The notes under the pieces: model-generated
What the model was told of the DNA's origin: nothing
The model's input: the letters and a program-made list of their open reading frames with translations, nothing else
Databases searched by the model: none
Assembly (NCBI GenBank): GCA_024408855.1
Contig: JAKSUQ010000008.1
Span: 3,072 to 67,071 of the forward strand
Reading direction: 5' to 3'
Length of the DNA stretch: 64,000 nt
Source: a bacterium
Lineage (GTDB): Bacteria; Cyanobacteriota; Vampirovibrionia; Gastranaerophilales; Gastranaerophilaceae
In this document: one piece after another, positions 21,380 through 31,887 of the stretch
Layout: each line of letters starts with the position of its first letter
How positions within the stretch are numbered: position 1 is the stretch's first letter
Translations under genes and position numbers: made by a program

Positions 21380-22288
21380 CTATATCATCCAATTATCCTC
21401 AATTACATCCATATGACCGTCTTGTAAAAATTCTGCAAATTTATGAGTATCAATTTGTGCGCCTACTGCTGCCAGTAAGTCAGGAGGAAGTTTAGACACC
21501 ATTTTAATTAATGTATCCGTATTTAGCATTATCATAGGTTTTATCATGTCTGGCTTTTGTAATGTCGCAAGCATATTAACATATGTTTCATTTTGAAATA
21601 AAGTTAAATTTTTTGGTTCTTCTTTTGTAAGTTGAAATATAAGTTGGCGTTGTACATCCGGATCAATACCTGCCATAAATTCCCGAAATTTATCATCAGG
21701 TAAATTAGATATATTTGAAAATACTTCGCTGTGATCAACGTCTTCCGATGGTTGACCTGTTACATTTTCAATAAATTTTTGTAAAACATCAGCCGGCATT
21801 GCTTGCAGTTGTTCCATAACCTTAAATCTGTTTAAGTCATCATTCATAAAGAAATTAGCCATGTCATCTTCCGTATACATTAATACTATTTGTTCTAATG
21901 GAAATGCAGCCATAGCAACCCTTGCAAGTTCCTTTATGTTAACTTTCATCAACATTTTTAACAAGGCTTCTTGTTTGAAAAAATACAAACCCATAACTAA
22001 TTCATCATCTTTTAATAAAGGTAATATTTTTTGCCTTGTTTCTTCATCCATATGATGAATTAGTGTAAACTTGTTCTCAACGCTTGCTAATCTGAAAACA
22101 TTTATCAATTTTTCCGGAGAACTATAATACTCTCTTGCAAAATTGATAGCTTTGGAATTTCCTTTTTTTGTTTCTTCTTCTATAATCTTTTCTATATTTG
22201 CAAGTCCATAATCCCTTATCATCCTTGATGAAGTGATATCAAGCCTTTCTGCAAATAATTTCATGTTCGCATCAATAACCGGTGCCAT
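21380..22288 (-). CDS. Hypothetical alpha-helical repeat protein (MgtE-N/FliG-like helices, tentative)
   Basis: 302-aa ORF, SD AGGAG; Met/Leu-rich short helical repeats. Confidence 0.55.
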   Translation of the reverse strand: MAPVIDANMKLFAERLDITSSRMIRDYGLANIEKIIEEETKKGNSKAINFAREYYSSPEKLINVFRLASVENKFTLIHHMDEETRQKILPLLKDDELVMGLYFFKQEALLKMLMKVNIKELARVAMAAFPLEQIVLMYTEDDMANFFMNDDLNRFKVMEQLQAMPADVLQKFIENVTGQPSEDVDHSEVFSNISNLPDDKFREFMAGIDPDVQRQLIFQLTKEEPKNLTLFQNETYVNMLATLQKPDMIKPMIMLNTDTLIKMVSKLPPDLLAAVGAQIDTHKFAEFLQDGHMDVIEDNWMI

Positions 22289-22415
22289 AGAAACTCCTAA
22301 TAATTGTTCTTATATATATAAAGTATGTATAAATGAAATAATTGCTTTTTTTTTAAGTTTTGTTAAGCAATTTTTTTTGTAATTTACCCACGATATATGA
22401 TATAATGCTCTCATT

Positions 22416-23189
22416 ATGAAAAAGTTTGTATTAATAATAACAATTTTATCATTATTTTTCTGTTTTATAAATACTTTTGCTTATGCAAAAGAAAATTATG
22501 TAAAGAAAGATATTTCTGTTGTCGCAGATGACGGATTTAGTTTGAAAGCAACTTTAACTTATCCGAAAGATAAAACGAAAAAAGATTTTTATACAGTTGT
22601 GCTTCTTCATTCATTGGGTACAAGTTCTCAATGGTGGAGTGATTTACCGGAATTGCTTTTAAGTAAAGGCTATGCGGTTTTAGCTATTGATCTAAGAGGA
22701 CATGGTGCAAGTATTTATAACAAAAGTTTGAAAAAAGTTTCATGGACCGGGCTCACTAATACCGGCTACTCTAAAATGCCAAGTGATGTAATGACAATTA
22801 TCAATGATGTAAAAGAAGAAAATTTGCAAAAGACTTTTTTTAATAAATGGGCAATTGTAGGCTCTGATCTTGGTGGTATTGTTGGTGTAATTGCTGCTGA
22901 TAAGTTGAATTATAAGCCTGAAACGATCGTATTACTTTCCCCGGTTGTATCGGTAAAAGGGTTATATGTACCGGTAAAAATTGCACAGCTTGATAGAACT
23001 GATTTTTTAACAATATCCAGTGTTGCTGATAATAAGGCTATTGAGTCTGCAAATTATTTGAAGAAATTTGCTCAATGTGGTTTTACAACATATATAACTC
23101 AAACAAATTCAACAGGTATGGTTTTACTTAAAAATGATCCGGAGTTGACAAAGTTTATTTCAGCTTGGATTGAGCAATATTTAAAATAA
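22416..23189 (+). CDS. Exported alpha/beta-hydrolase-fold protein with degenerate catalytic motifs
   Basis: Signal peptide; LLHSLG, AIDLRGHGAS, VGSDLGG elbow; no His in the C-terminal half. Confidence 0.7.
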   Translation: MKKFVLIITILSLFFCFINTFAYAKENYVKKDISVVADDGFSLKATLTYPKDKTKKDFYTVVLLHSLGTSSQWWSDLPELLLSKGYAVLAIDLRGHGASIYNKSLKKVSWTGLTNTGYSKMPSDVMTIINDVKEENLQKTFFNKWAIVGSDLGGIVGVIAADKLNYKPETIVLLSPVVSVKGLYVPVKIAQLDRTDFLTISSVADNKAIESANYLKKFAQCGFTTYITQTNSTGMVLLKNDPELTKFISAWIEQYLK

Positions 23190-23190
23190 T

Positions 23191-23892
23191 TTACAAATTA
23201 GCACCGGAGTTTTTCATTTTTTCGAGGGCTGATTTTGAAGCTTCGTATTGCCTGCATAATTTAAAAACAAATTCAATTGATGATTTATCTTGTTTTATCG
23301 CATCCTTTAGTTTATAGATTTCTGCTAATTGAAGTTTCTTTATTTCGTCATCTGAGGCGTTATATAGGTATTTATTTAAAGTATCCACTGTTTCTCCGTC
23401 TAAACCCGATATTCCGTGTTTAAAAGCATACCAATTATAAAAATGGTAAATAAAGTAGTATTTGTTTATATTTTCACTTTTATTGGTCATTATAAAACAT
23501 TCAGGAAATTTTAAAGAGAATTTTTTTTCTGTTAAAAGAGATAGGTATAACGCTTTACCTCCTTTTTGCGGATAAATAAATCCCTCATTTTCTCCTACGG
23601 AATTTAATACATTAGCTGAGTCTATGTAAAAAATTTTGGTTCCTTGTTTTGAAATGTACTCCAATATTTTAGACGGTTCATAATCGTATGTTTTAAGAAT
23701 TAATTTAAGTTCTTCTTCCATACGTTTTTTTTCATTTTCTGCAATGCTGTCAAGCGTTAATAAACAACCGCTTCTGTAATAAAATTTGCGTTTTGATTTC
23801 GGTTTTGCATGCAACGTATCACGCAAACTTTCTCTCAAACCAACTTCTTGTAATGATAATATAAAATAGATAATTTTCTTTACAAAATCCAT
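23191..23892 (-). CDS. Hypothetical protein
   Basis: 233-aa ORF; no recognised motif. Confidence 0.6.
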   Translation of the reverse strand: MDFVKKIIYFILSLQEVGLRESLRDTLHAKPKSKRKFYYRSGCLLTLDSIAENEKKRMEEELKLILKTYDYEPSKILEYISKQGTKIFYIDSANVLNSVGENEGFIYPQKGGKALYLSLLTEKKFSLKFPECFIMTNKSENINKYYFIYHFYNWYAFKHGISGLDGETVDTLNKYLYNASDDEIKKLQLAEIYKLKDAIKQDKSSIEFVFKLCRQYEASKSALEKMKNSGANL

Positions 23893-23934
23893 AATACAAT
23901 TATTGCACTAAAAGTAAAATCGTACAAGCAAAGG

Positions 23935-25782
23935 CTATTTTTTAGTACTTTGCTGTATTTTTTCTTTAAGCTTTTTACTGGTATCATGACCTAACATTGC
24001 CAGAAGTTTCGAGGTAGGGCTTACTTCTCTGTTTATAACTGCCTCAATCGAGAAGTTCTTAGGTAAGAAAGGTGCAATATATTCTTTCATTGTTTTTGGT
24101 AATTTGCAGAATAATTTAAATGCATCTTTTTTAGCCTTATCTTCTCCTTTTTTCATGTCATTAATCATCTTTTTGATAAATGAACATTTTTCTTCTTCTT
24201 TGGAACAGCAATTGTTTGAATTTTTATTATAAGTAATTTGGGGTAAAGGCTCTTGTTGTTCAGGTGGTAAGTTTAAAAATTCTTCTACGTTAGGGGTATG
24301 ATAATATAATTCATTATTGTTTGAATAGTATTGCTCGTTAGCTCCCCATTCAGTATACGATCTATTGGTGTTACTTTGTCCTGTTGTTAAATCTGTAACA
24401 GTCCCGTTTCCTAAATCATTACAAACAGTTTGATAATTACCGTAAGTAATTTTGTTAAGAATTGTGTTTAATGTGTCAGGGTCTGTATCAAGAATTTCCG
24501 GATGTTTTGTTGCAATCCGATTAATTTTTTCTAAGATTTCACGATAATTTGGTTTATCAATGATGTAATCTGATATATTTCTTAAGATAGCATCTTTATC
24601 TTTATCTGCAATCCTTGTATTATCTATGATACCAACAAGTTCACCGCTTAATAAAGGCGAATAGAAATCACTTATTATTTCCAGGACTTTAGTTTCTTCT
24701 TCGGTAAGTTCTTCGTTGTTTTCTTTCTTTTTTCTTGCTCTTGCAATAATTTCTGCATTATCTTTCAAAAACTTACCAAAATCCGTCTTTGATTCTTCTA
24801 CAAAATCTTCAACGCTCTTTTTATCTTTATATTTGACAGCATCTGTAATTAGAACACTCAATTCTTCATCACTGATTTTTGCACCGGTAATATCTTCTTT
24901 GGCTAAATCTTTTATATCTTCCATATCGATATTATTGTGAAATTCTGTTCTTTTCTCATCATCTTCAAAACTATCTGAAGTGTGTTTTAATGCATTGCAT
25001 TTGTTTTCCGGCATTAATGTTTTGATAATTTCCATGAATAATAATTTTTCTTCATCAGAAGAGTTTGCCAGCATCAAGCAAAACTCTCGGGCTTGTTTCC
25101 CGATAGCTTCTTCTCTTGTGATTTTGCCGGATTGAACATCCTTTTGCAGAGTTTCGTACTTTTGTACAAAATAATTTTTTATTGTTTCTGCAATTTTTTC
25201 AGGAGAGTTGCTTTTAAAGAAATCTTCTTCCAAATTATATTCTTTGGTTAACGTTGCAAACAGACCGTCCGGATTTTCCTCTTGGTCTTTTTGAAATTCT
25301 TCAACACTGTTCCAACCGCTATGTAATGCAATGTTATAGTCGATAGTGCAGTGTCTTATTTTTTTGATTAATTCATCATCTTTTCTAAGATCGCTATTTC
25401 TTTCAGAGCTTAATATATTTTGCAAATCATCAGGTGTTTTACCTGTTTCAGAAAGAATTTTGTCAATAGTGGCACTTAATGCTTCAACCAATTTATCAAC
25501 ATCTTCTTCTTTCCAGTTCAATAATCTGGTTACAGAAACGCCTGTTAAGTTTTTTAACCATTCATAATCAAATGAATTCGGACTAAGTCCTAACTTTTTA
25601 AGAATGTTATTGAATTTATTTTTTAATTTTACTTCCGGACTAATTTTTACTTCCGTAACAATTTCTTCACTGGAAACGGTAGTACCATTCCCGCCAATAG
25701 GAATGTTTTTTTGCGTTTGGCTTGCCTCTTTTGGTGCCGTTACCGCTGTTGAATTAGTGTAGGAAACTGCTATATCTGACAT
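23935..25782 (-). CDS. Large acidic helical hypothetical protein (about 615 aa)
   Basis: SD GAGG 6 nt before ATG 25782 (MSDIAVS...); E/D/K-rich. Confidence 0.65.
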   Translation of the reverse strand: MSDIAVSYTNSTAVTAPKEASQTQKNIPIGGNGTTVSSEEIVTEVKISPEVKLKNKFNNILKKLGLSPNSFDYEWLKNLTGVSVTRLLNWKEEDVDKLVEALSATIDKILSETGKTPDDLQNILSSERNSDLRKDDELIKKIRHCTIDYNIALHSGWNSVEEFQKDQEENPDGLFATLTKEYNLEEDFFKSNSPEKIAETIKNYFVQKYETLQKDVQSGKITREEAIGKQAREFCLMLANSSDEEKLLFMEIIKTLMPENKCNALKHTSDSFEDDEKRTEFHNNIDMEDIKDLAKEDITGAKISDEELSVLITDAVKYKDKKSVEDFVEESKTDFGKFLKDNAEIIARARKKKENNEELTEEETKVLEIISDFYSPLLSGELVGIIDNTRIADKDKDAILRNISDYIIDKPNYREILEKINRIATKHPEILDTDPDTLNTILNKITYGNYQTVCNDLGNGTVTDLTTGQSNTNRSYTEWGANEQYYSNNNELYYHTPNVEEFLNLPPEQQEPLPQITYNKNSNNCCSKEEEKCSFIKKMINDMKKGEDKAKKDAFKLFCKLPKTMKEYIAPFLPKNFSIEAVINREVSPTSKLLAMLGHDTSKKLKEKIQQSTKK

Positions 25783-25891
25783 CTTATACCTCATATATAT
25801 AAAGTATATAAAAACGTTTCAATTTTAATGTTTTTAAAAATTTTTACAAAACTTAACATTCTAAGCAATATTTATGTGCTAATTTTAATAT

Positions 25892-28800
25892 ATGGCTAAG
25901 TTTGTTCCGCTACATATTCACACGGAGTATTCGCTTTTAGATGGTATGATAAGGGTAAAAGATTTGGTTTCATATGCCAAGGAGAATGAGTTACCTGCGA
26001 TTGCCATTACTGACCATGGCGTTATGTATTCTGCTGTTGAATTTTATGAACAAGCGATAAAAGAGGGCATAAATCCGCTTATCGGATGTGAGTTTTATGT
26101 GCATGACGGAGATATTCATATACAGGACAGTCATAACAATCCTCTTTATCACTTAATTTTGATTGCTAAAAATTCAATAGGTTATAAAAATCTTATCAAA
26201 TTGGTTTCTACGGCTTGGTGTGAGGGATTTTACTATAAGCCGAGAGTTAACTTTGAACTTATTGAACAGTACCATGAGGGTTTAATATGTACTTCAGCAT
26301 GTCTTGGCGGTGAAATCTTAAAAAATCTTGTATCAGGTGAAAGGGAAAAAGCAAAAGAAGTTGCGAAAAAATATAAAAATCTTTTCGGGGATGACTATTA
26401 TATTGAGCTTCAAGACCACGGACTTGAAGAACAAAAAAGAACGAATCCTGATTTGATACGAATTGCAAAAGAACTCGATATTAAAGTTATTATAACAAAT
26501 GATTCGCACTATTTAAAAAAAGAAGATGCTGATGCTCAGGATACGCTGTTATGTTTACAAACAAATGCAAGAAAAGATGATGCAAACAGGTTTCAATTTC
26601 CGAATAATGAATTTTATGTAAAATCTCAGGATGAAATGCGAAAGGCTTTTTCGTGGATGGATGATGAAACCTTTGAACAATGCGTTATGAATACGGAAGA
26701 AATCGCGAATAAGTGTAAAGTTGAAATTGAACTTCATAACGCACCGCTGCCACATTATGATGTGCCTGATGAATTTATTTTTACCTCAGATGATGTTGAT
26801 GAAAAAATTGTTGAGCGTCTGCTTACAAAATTACGAAAAAATGATGAAAATGCGACCGAAAAAGACGTTATGGAGGAAGCTAAATATATTCAGGGGATTG
26901 AAAATTATCTTGAACATATCGTAATAGAAGGGTTAAAAAAACGTTATGGCGACCCGATACCGCCTGAAATTCTTGAACGTGCAAAATATGAATTAGGCGT
27001 AATCAATCATATGGGTTTTCCTGCATACTTTATGATTACTTGGGATTTTATTCATTTTGCAAAAACGCATGATATTCCGGTAGGTCCAGGTCGTGGTTCG
27101 GCTGCTGGTTCGGTAGTAGCTTATGCGTTGGAAATTACCGATATAGATCCGATTTATCACAAATTATTGTTTGAAAGATTCTTAAATCCTGAACGTTTTA
27201 CAATGCCCGATATAGATATCGATTTTTGCATTGAGAAACGTGGTGATGTAATTAAGTATGTAACTGATAAATATGGTGAAGATAAGGTTTGTCAAATTAT
27301 AACTTTTTCTACTTATGCTCCGAAAGCTGCTTTTAAAGGGGTCGGACGAGTTTTGCAGGTTCCTTTCTCTGAAAGTAACCGTTTAACAGGATTGATTGAG
27401 CCGGCAATAGATATTGCAAAAGCTACAAATGATAAAGCAGAATGGCTTAGAGATGCTGTTCTGGCAAATGGTTCTGAATTTAAGCAGTTGTATGACGAAG
27501 ATTACCAAATTCCTAATCAAGAAACCGGAAATACGGTAAGTTTTAAACGTTGGGTTGATATGGCAATCGCAATTGAGGGATTAAAATGCGGAACAGGAAC
27601 GCATGCTGCGGGAGTTATTATTTCTCATGCACCGTTAGACACTATTCTTCCGGTACAGCCGTCAAAAGACGGTATTGTACAAACCGGGTATCCTAAGCAT
27701 GAAGCAACGGAAGTTCTTGACCTTTTAAAAATGGACTTTTTGGGTTTAAGAAACTTAACAATGATTACTAAAACTGTCAAGATGATAGAAAAGTATAGAG
27801 GAGAAACGGTTGATATAAATCACATACCGTTAGATGATGTGGAAACCTATAAAATGTTGGTTCGTGGAGAAACCGTTGGAGTATTTCAACTTGAGTCTCA
27901 GGGAATGATGAATTTAGTACGGAGATTAAAACCTGACGTATTTGAGGATTTAGGTGCTTTAGTGGCTTTATTCCGTCCGGGGCCTTTGGGTTCCGGCATG
28001 GTTGACGATTTTGTCGCAAGAAAACATGGTGAACAAAAAATTACCTATGCTCATCCGTTGTTGGAACCTGTTTTAAAAGATACATACGGTACGATTGTTT
28101 ATCAGGAACAAATCATGCAGGTCTTTCAGGTTTTGGCGGATTATTCTTTAGGTCAAGCTGACCAAGTCAGAAGAATGATGGGTAAAAAAGACCTAAAAAC
28201 AATGGAAGAACAAAGGGGTAAATTTATAGAAGCCTCTGCAAAGCATGATATGTCAAAAGAAGATGCAGAAAGATTATTTAATCAGATTTTGGCATTTGCT
28301 TCTTACTGCTTTAATAGAAGTCATTCAGCCGCATATGCTTTTGTTGCATATCAAACAGCTTATTTAAAATGTCATTATCCGGTGGAATATCTGTCAGCTT
28401 TGCTTTCAAGTGTTTCTGATAACAAAGAACAAACTCAGTTATATATTGAAGAAGCTAATAAATACGGAATAAAAGTGCTTCCTCCGGATATTAATAAATC
28501 TGTACTTGAGTATTCTCCGGACGGCGAAAATATAAGATTTGGAATGGCGGCAATTAAACAAGTCGGGGCACCTGTTGTGGAAACTATTATAAAAGAACGA
28601 ACAGAGAATGGAGAATTTAAGAGTATTTTTGATTTTTGCAAAAGAGTTGATCAAAAATATGTTAATAAAAAATCTCTTGAAGGTTTGATAAAAGCCGGTG
28701 CTTTTTCAGGAATTGAAAAAAGCCGTAAACAGTTGTTTGATAATATAGAACATATTTTAGACGTAACTTCAAAGGAAGCAAAAGACAGAGCTGTCGGTCA

Positions 28801-29536
28801 AGTTAGTCTGTTTGCATCATTGGGAGATGATAGCGATTTTTCAAATGTTCAGTATCAACTTATCGGAAATGATGAAGAGTATACAGATCGTGAAATTCAG
28901 CTTTTTGAAAAAGAGTTTTTGGGGTTCTATGTAACCTCGCATCCGTTATTTTCTATAAGGGATAAAATTCCGTATCTCATAACTCACCGAATTGTTGAAC
29001 TAAACGAAGCAAAGGAGGATGAGCAAGTTACAATATGCGGCTTAGTAACTGCAACAAGACAAATTCCAACAAAGAAAGATCCGTCAAAATTTATAAGATT
29101 TGTAACTATTGAAGATTTAACAGGAAAAATGGATGCGATTTGTTTTACAAAACCTCTTTTGGAATATGGCGATATTTTACAAAATGATTGCAGAGTCGTT
29201 ATAACAGGAAGATTGCAACATAGAAGCGAAGAACAGTTAAGTCTTGTTATAGAAAATGCAAAGTCTATTGATAATTCAAATATTTTTATTGTTGATTTAA
29301 AAGAAGAAATGGCTTATGAAGAACTTTTCGGCCTTAAAAATATATTGGCAAAACATCACGGAGATGATCCTGTTATGATAAAATTTGCAGGAGAGAACGG
29401 ACAAAGTACAAAAATTATTACGTCTTCAATATTTTGGGTAAAATCAACTAATGACTTAGTAAATAATATTAAAAATTGTTTTCCGCAAAGGGTGGACGCA
29501 AATATAGATTCTTTGGAAACGCCGTTGGAAGTTTAA
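25892..29536 (+). CDS. dnaE: DNA polymerase III alpha subunit
   Basis: PHP motifs LHIHTEYSLLDG and TDHG, GPGRGSAAGS, PDIDID, KMDFLGLRNL, YCFNRSH, OB fold. Confidence 0.97.
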   Translation: MAKFVPLHIHTEYSLLDGMIRVKDLVSYAKENELPAIAITDHGVMYSAVEFYEQAIKEGINPLIGCEFYVHDGDIHIQDSHNNPLYHLILIAKNSIGYKNLIKLVSTAWCEGFYYKPRVNFELIEQYHEGLICTSACLGGEILKNLVSGEREKAKEVAKKYKNLFGDDYYIELQDHGLEEQKRTNPDLIRIAKELDIKVIITNDSHYLKKEDADAQDTLLCLQTNARKDDANRFQFPNNEFYVKSQDEMRKAFSWMDDETFEQCVMNTEEIANKCKVEIELHNAPLPHYDVPDEFIFTSDDVDEKIVERLLTKLRKNDENATEKDVMEEAKYIQGIENYLEHIVIEGLKKRYGDPIPPEILERAKYELGVINHMGFPAYFMITWDFIHFAKTHDIPVGPGRGSAAGSVVAYALEITDIDPIYHKLLFERFLNPERFTMPDIDIDFCIEKRGDVIKYVTDKYGEDKVCQIITFSTYAPKAAFKGVGRVLQVPFSESNRLTGLIEPAIDIAKATNDKAEWLRDAVLANGSEFKQLYDEDYQIPNQETGNTVSFKRWVDMAIAIEGLKCGTGTHAAGVIISHAPLDTILPVQPSKDGIVQTGYPKHEATEVLDLLKMDFLGLRNLTMITKTVKMIEKYRGETVDINHIPLDDVETYKMLVRGETVGVFQLESQGMMNLVRRLKPDVFEDLGALVALFRPGPLGSGMVDDFVARKHGEQKITYAHPLLEPVLKDTYGTIVYQEQIMQVFQVLADYSLGQADQVRRMMGKKDLKTMEEQRGKFIEASAKHDMSKEDAERLFNQILAFASYCFNRSHSAAYAFVAYQTAYLKCHYPVEYLSALLSSVSDNKEQTQLYIEEANKYGIKVLPPDINKSVLEYSPDGENIRFGMAAIKQVGAPVVETIIKERTENGEFKSIFDFCKRVDQKYVNKKSLEGLIKAGAFSGIEKSRKQLFDNIEHILDVTSKEAKDRAVGQVSLFASLGDDSDFSNVQYQLIGNDEEYTDREIQLFEKEFLGFYVTSHPLFSIRDKIPYLITHRIVELNEAKEDEQVTICGLVTATRQIPTKKDPSKFIRFVTIEDLTGKMDAICFTKPLLEYGDILQNDCRVVITGRLQHRSEEQLSLVIENAKSIDNSNIFIVDLKEEMAYEELFGLKNILAKHHGDDPVMIKFAGENGQSTKIITSSIFWVKSTNDLVNNIKNCFPQRVDANIDSLETPLEV

Positions 29537-29639
29537 TTCGCAAAACTTATAAACAGGTTTAGGATTATTTTATTGTAGTACATAATGTTATATTTGCTTA
29601 TTGCTTTTAAAATCAGCTATTTTGAAGTATAATACTTTT

Positions 29640-30083
29640 ATGGATAAAAAAGTTGTTTCAACAAATCGAAAAGCATTTCATGACTATTTAATTTTTGACA
29701 AATTTGATGCGGGCGTCGTACTAACCGGAACTGAAATCAAATCTGTTCGCAAGGGCATGCTCAATTTGAAAGACAGTTTCGCAAAAATTGAGGACGGAGA
29801 AGTTTTGTTATATAACATGCATATTTCACCATATGAGCACGGTAATCGTTATAACCACGAGTCTGATAGAGTCAGAAAGCTTCTCTTACATAAAAATGAA
29901 ATAATGAAAATTCTCGGTAAAATAAAAAAGGAAAACTTTACAATTGTACCGTTAGAATTGTATTTATCGCATGGTTTTGCTAAAATACAAATAGGCTTGG
30001 CAAAAGGTAAAAAACTTTACGATAAGCGTGAAGCAATTACTAAAAAAACGCAGGAACGTGATATTGCAAGAAAAGTCAGGTAG
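29640..30083 (+). CDS. smpB: SsrA-binding protein
   Basis: NRKAFHDY, GTEIKS, RKLLLHK, GKKLYDKRE; ATG 29640 preferred over TTG 29601. Confidence 0.95.
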   Translation: MDKKVVSTNRKAFHDYLIFDKFDAGVVLTGTEIKSVRKGMLNLKDSFAKIEDGEVLLYNMHISPYEHGNRYNHESDRVRKLLLHKNEIMKILGKIKKENFTIVPLELYLSHGFAKIQIGLAKGKKLYDKREAITKKTQERDIARKVR

Positions 30084-30115
30084 TTGTCGTTAATTCAGTT
30101 GGTTAGGAGTATAAA

Positions 30116-30733
30116 ATGTTTAACAGAGATTCAATTTTGCAAAACTTGAATGCGGAAAACTATTATATTGATAAGCACTCTTTGGATTTATTTTTGAATG
30201 ATTGGAAAATTGATTCGATATATGAAGATGAGGATGGTTTGGAATTTTATGATGACTTATCCTTAGATAAAATTAAAAAGGGTATTTCTCTAAAATCGCA
30301 AGGATACAGTGATGAACAAATAATTGCGAAATTGCAAAAAATGGAAGCAAGATGTGAAAAAACATCCGATATTATTCAGCCGATTTTGGTAAAAGACTTT
30401 TTAGAGCCGAACAGTCGTCAAGTTGAGTCAACTGAAGAAGTTATTGTAACTGATTTGACACCAACTCCGGATAAAAAATTTACACTTGATGTAACTTCTC
30501 AAACTTTGCAAATGCTTGCCGAAGCTGTTGCAAAAAAAATCAGTGATGATATCACGAACTCCGATTTATCAAAAAAATTAATAGAAGCAGGCGGTTATAA
30601 GCGGGATAACGAAATTATGGCAAAACAAATAGAAGAACTTCTCGAGCATAACAAAGAATTGTCTGACAGAATAGCTCAGCTTGAAAATCATTCTTCTCAA
30701 AGTTTTTGGCAAAGGATCTGGGGACAAAGATAA
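30116..30733 (+). CDS. Hypothetical protein with MerR-like N-terminus and C-terminal coiled coil
   Basis: FYDDLSLDKIKKGISLKSQGYSDEQI resembles the MerR wing/helix; heptad region ends in SFWQRIWG; SD AGGAG. Confidence 0.55.
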   Translation: MFNRDSILQNLNAENYYIDKHSLDLFLNDWKIDSIYEDEDGLEFYDDLSLDKIKKGISLKSQGYSDEQIIAKLQKMEARCEKTSDIIQPILVKDFLEPNSRQVESTEEVIVTDLTPTPDKKFTLDVTSQTLQMLAEAVAKKISDDITNSDLSKKLIEAGGYKRDNEIMAKQIEELLEHNKELSDRIAQLENHSSQSFWQRIWGQR

Positions 30734-30810
30734 ATTTCCGTTATGTATATTGAGAGTACAAAATAGCTGTGAAAAAATTAATCAATTTATTGATATTTAA
30801 ATATAAAAAC

Positions 30811-31887
30811 ATGAAGTTGCTTGATAAGTATATATTAAAGCAACTTGTCGCAATGTTTTTAATGGGAGTTGCAGTCTTTACTTCAATTATATTTGCATCA
30901 GATACCTTTATAACTTTAATTAAACAGATTTCGACTTATGGAATACCGTTTAATGTAGCATTTATAATGATTATACTGCATTTGCCGTCGGTTTTTGTGA
31001 TGACAATACCTATGGGAGTTTTGTTGGCGACGGTAATGACATTGAACAGCCTAAGTTTAAATTCTGAAATTACAGTAATGAGAGCGTGTGGAATTAGTTT
31101 GTCCAGAATTGCAAAGCCTATTTTTATATTTGCAATAGTAATGTCTTTTCTTGGATTTTTTATAAACGAAACTGTCGTTCCGGTTATGACTAAGCAGGCA
31201 ACGGATTTAGCTTTGTATGCTTTTGGGAAGAAGAATATACCGGAGGGCAAAGAAAATTTTACTTTTAAGGAAACAAAACAAGGCGGAACATTGAAACGAC
31301 TTTTTTATGTCGGTAATTGCACGAATAAGACCTTGCATAATATAACGGTTTTTGATGCATCTAAAGATGACGTTATTCAAATCCTGCAAGCAAGAGAGGG
31401 GGTAACTGCTCCTGACGGTTGGAAGTTCCAAAAAGGTGCAATTTATACGGTAACAGACAACGGGAAAGCTCTTGATACAACTTTGTTCAATAATACGACA
31501 ATTTCTTTTGGCATGGATTTGTCAAAAGAGATGGAACGAAATATTGCTAATGAACATAATTTTACGCAACTCCTCAAATATATTACAAAATCAAATCGAC
31601 CGGATTTGCGAATTGATCTTTATGATAAAATAGCACTGCCATTGATGACAATAGTATTAGTTTTGCTTGGTGTGCCTCTTGCGATAACTCCGCCAAGAGT
31701 GCGGTATAATCGTGGATTTTTGTTTAGCATTTTAATTATTTTTGCATTTTATTTAATTAGAGCTTTATCAATCTCTTTTGGTGTAGCAGGAACATTGATA
31801 CCTGTATTTGCTGCATTTATGCCTAATATAATTTTGTCGATTGTCGGAGTGTTTCTATATTACAGGAAAGTTTATACGATTTGTTAA
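30811..31887 (+). CDS. LptF/LptG family LPS export permease
   Basis: MKLLDKYI, LNSEITVMRACGIS, six TM segments with a periplasmic beta domain; GTG 30769 is an alternative start. Confidence 0.85.
   Translation: MKLLDKYILKQLVAMFLMGVAVFTSIIFASDTFITLIKQISTYGIPFNVAFIMIILHLPSVFVMTIPMGVLLATVMTLNSLSLNSEITVMRACGISLSRIAKPIFIFAIVMSFLGFFINETVVPVMTKQATDLALYAFGKKNIPEGKENFTFKETKQGGTLKRLFYVGNCTNKTLHNITVFDASKDDVIQILQAREGVTAPDGWKFQKGAIYTVTDNGKALDTTLFNNTTISFGMDLSKEMERNIANEHNFTQLLKYITKSNRPDLRIDLYDKIALPLMTIVLVLLGVPLAITPPRVRYNRGFLFSILIIFAFYLIRALSISFGVAGTLIPVFAAFMPNIILSIVGVFLYYRKVYTIC

Noticed and set aside
22312-22333. Resemblance of ATATAAAGTAT to a pMV158-type oriT
   Set aside because: The match is short and AT-rich, lacks the nic-side GTGTG, and has no relaxase nearby.
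25892-29536. Intein in DnaE
   Set aside because: Length is near normal, there are no intein terminal motifs, and the known insertion site is contiguous.
29640-30120. tmRNA next to smpB, or as the integration target
   Set aside because: No ssrA-like sequence was recognised, and the att evidence points to tRNA-Arg.
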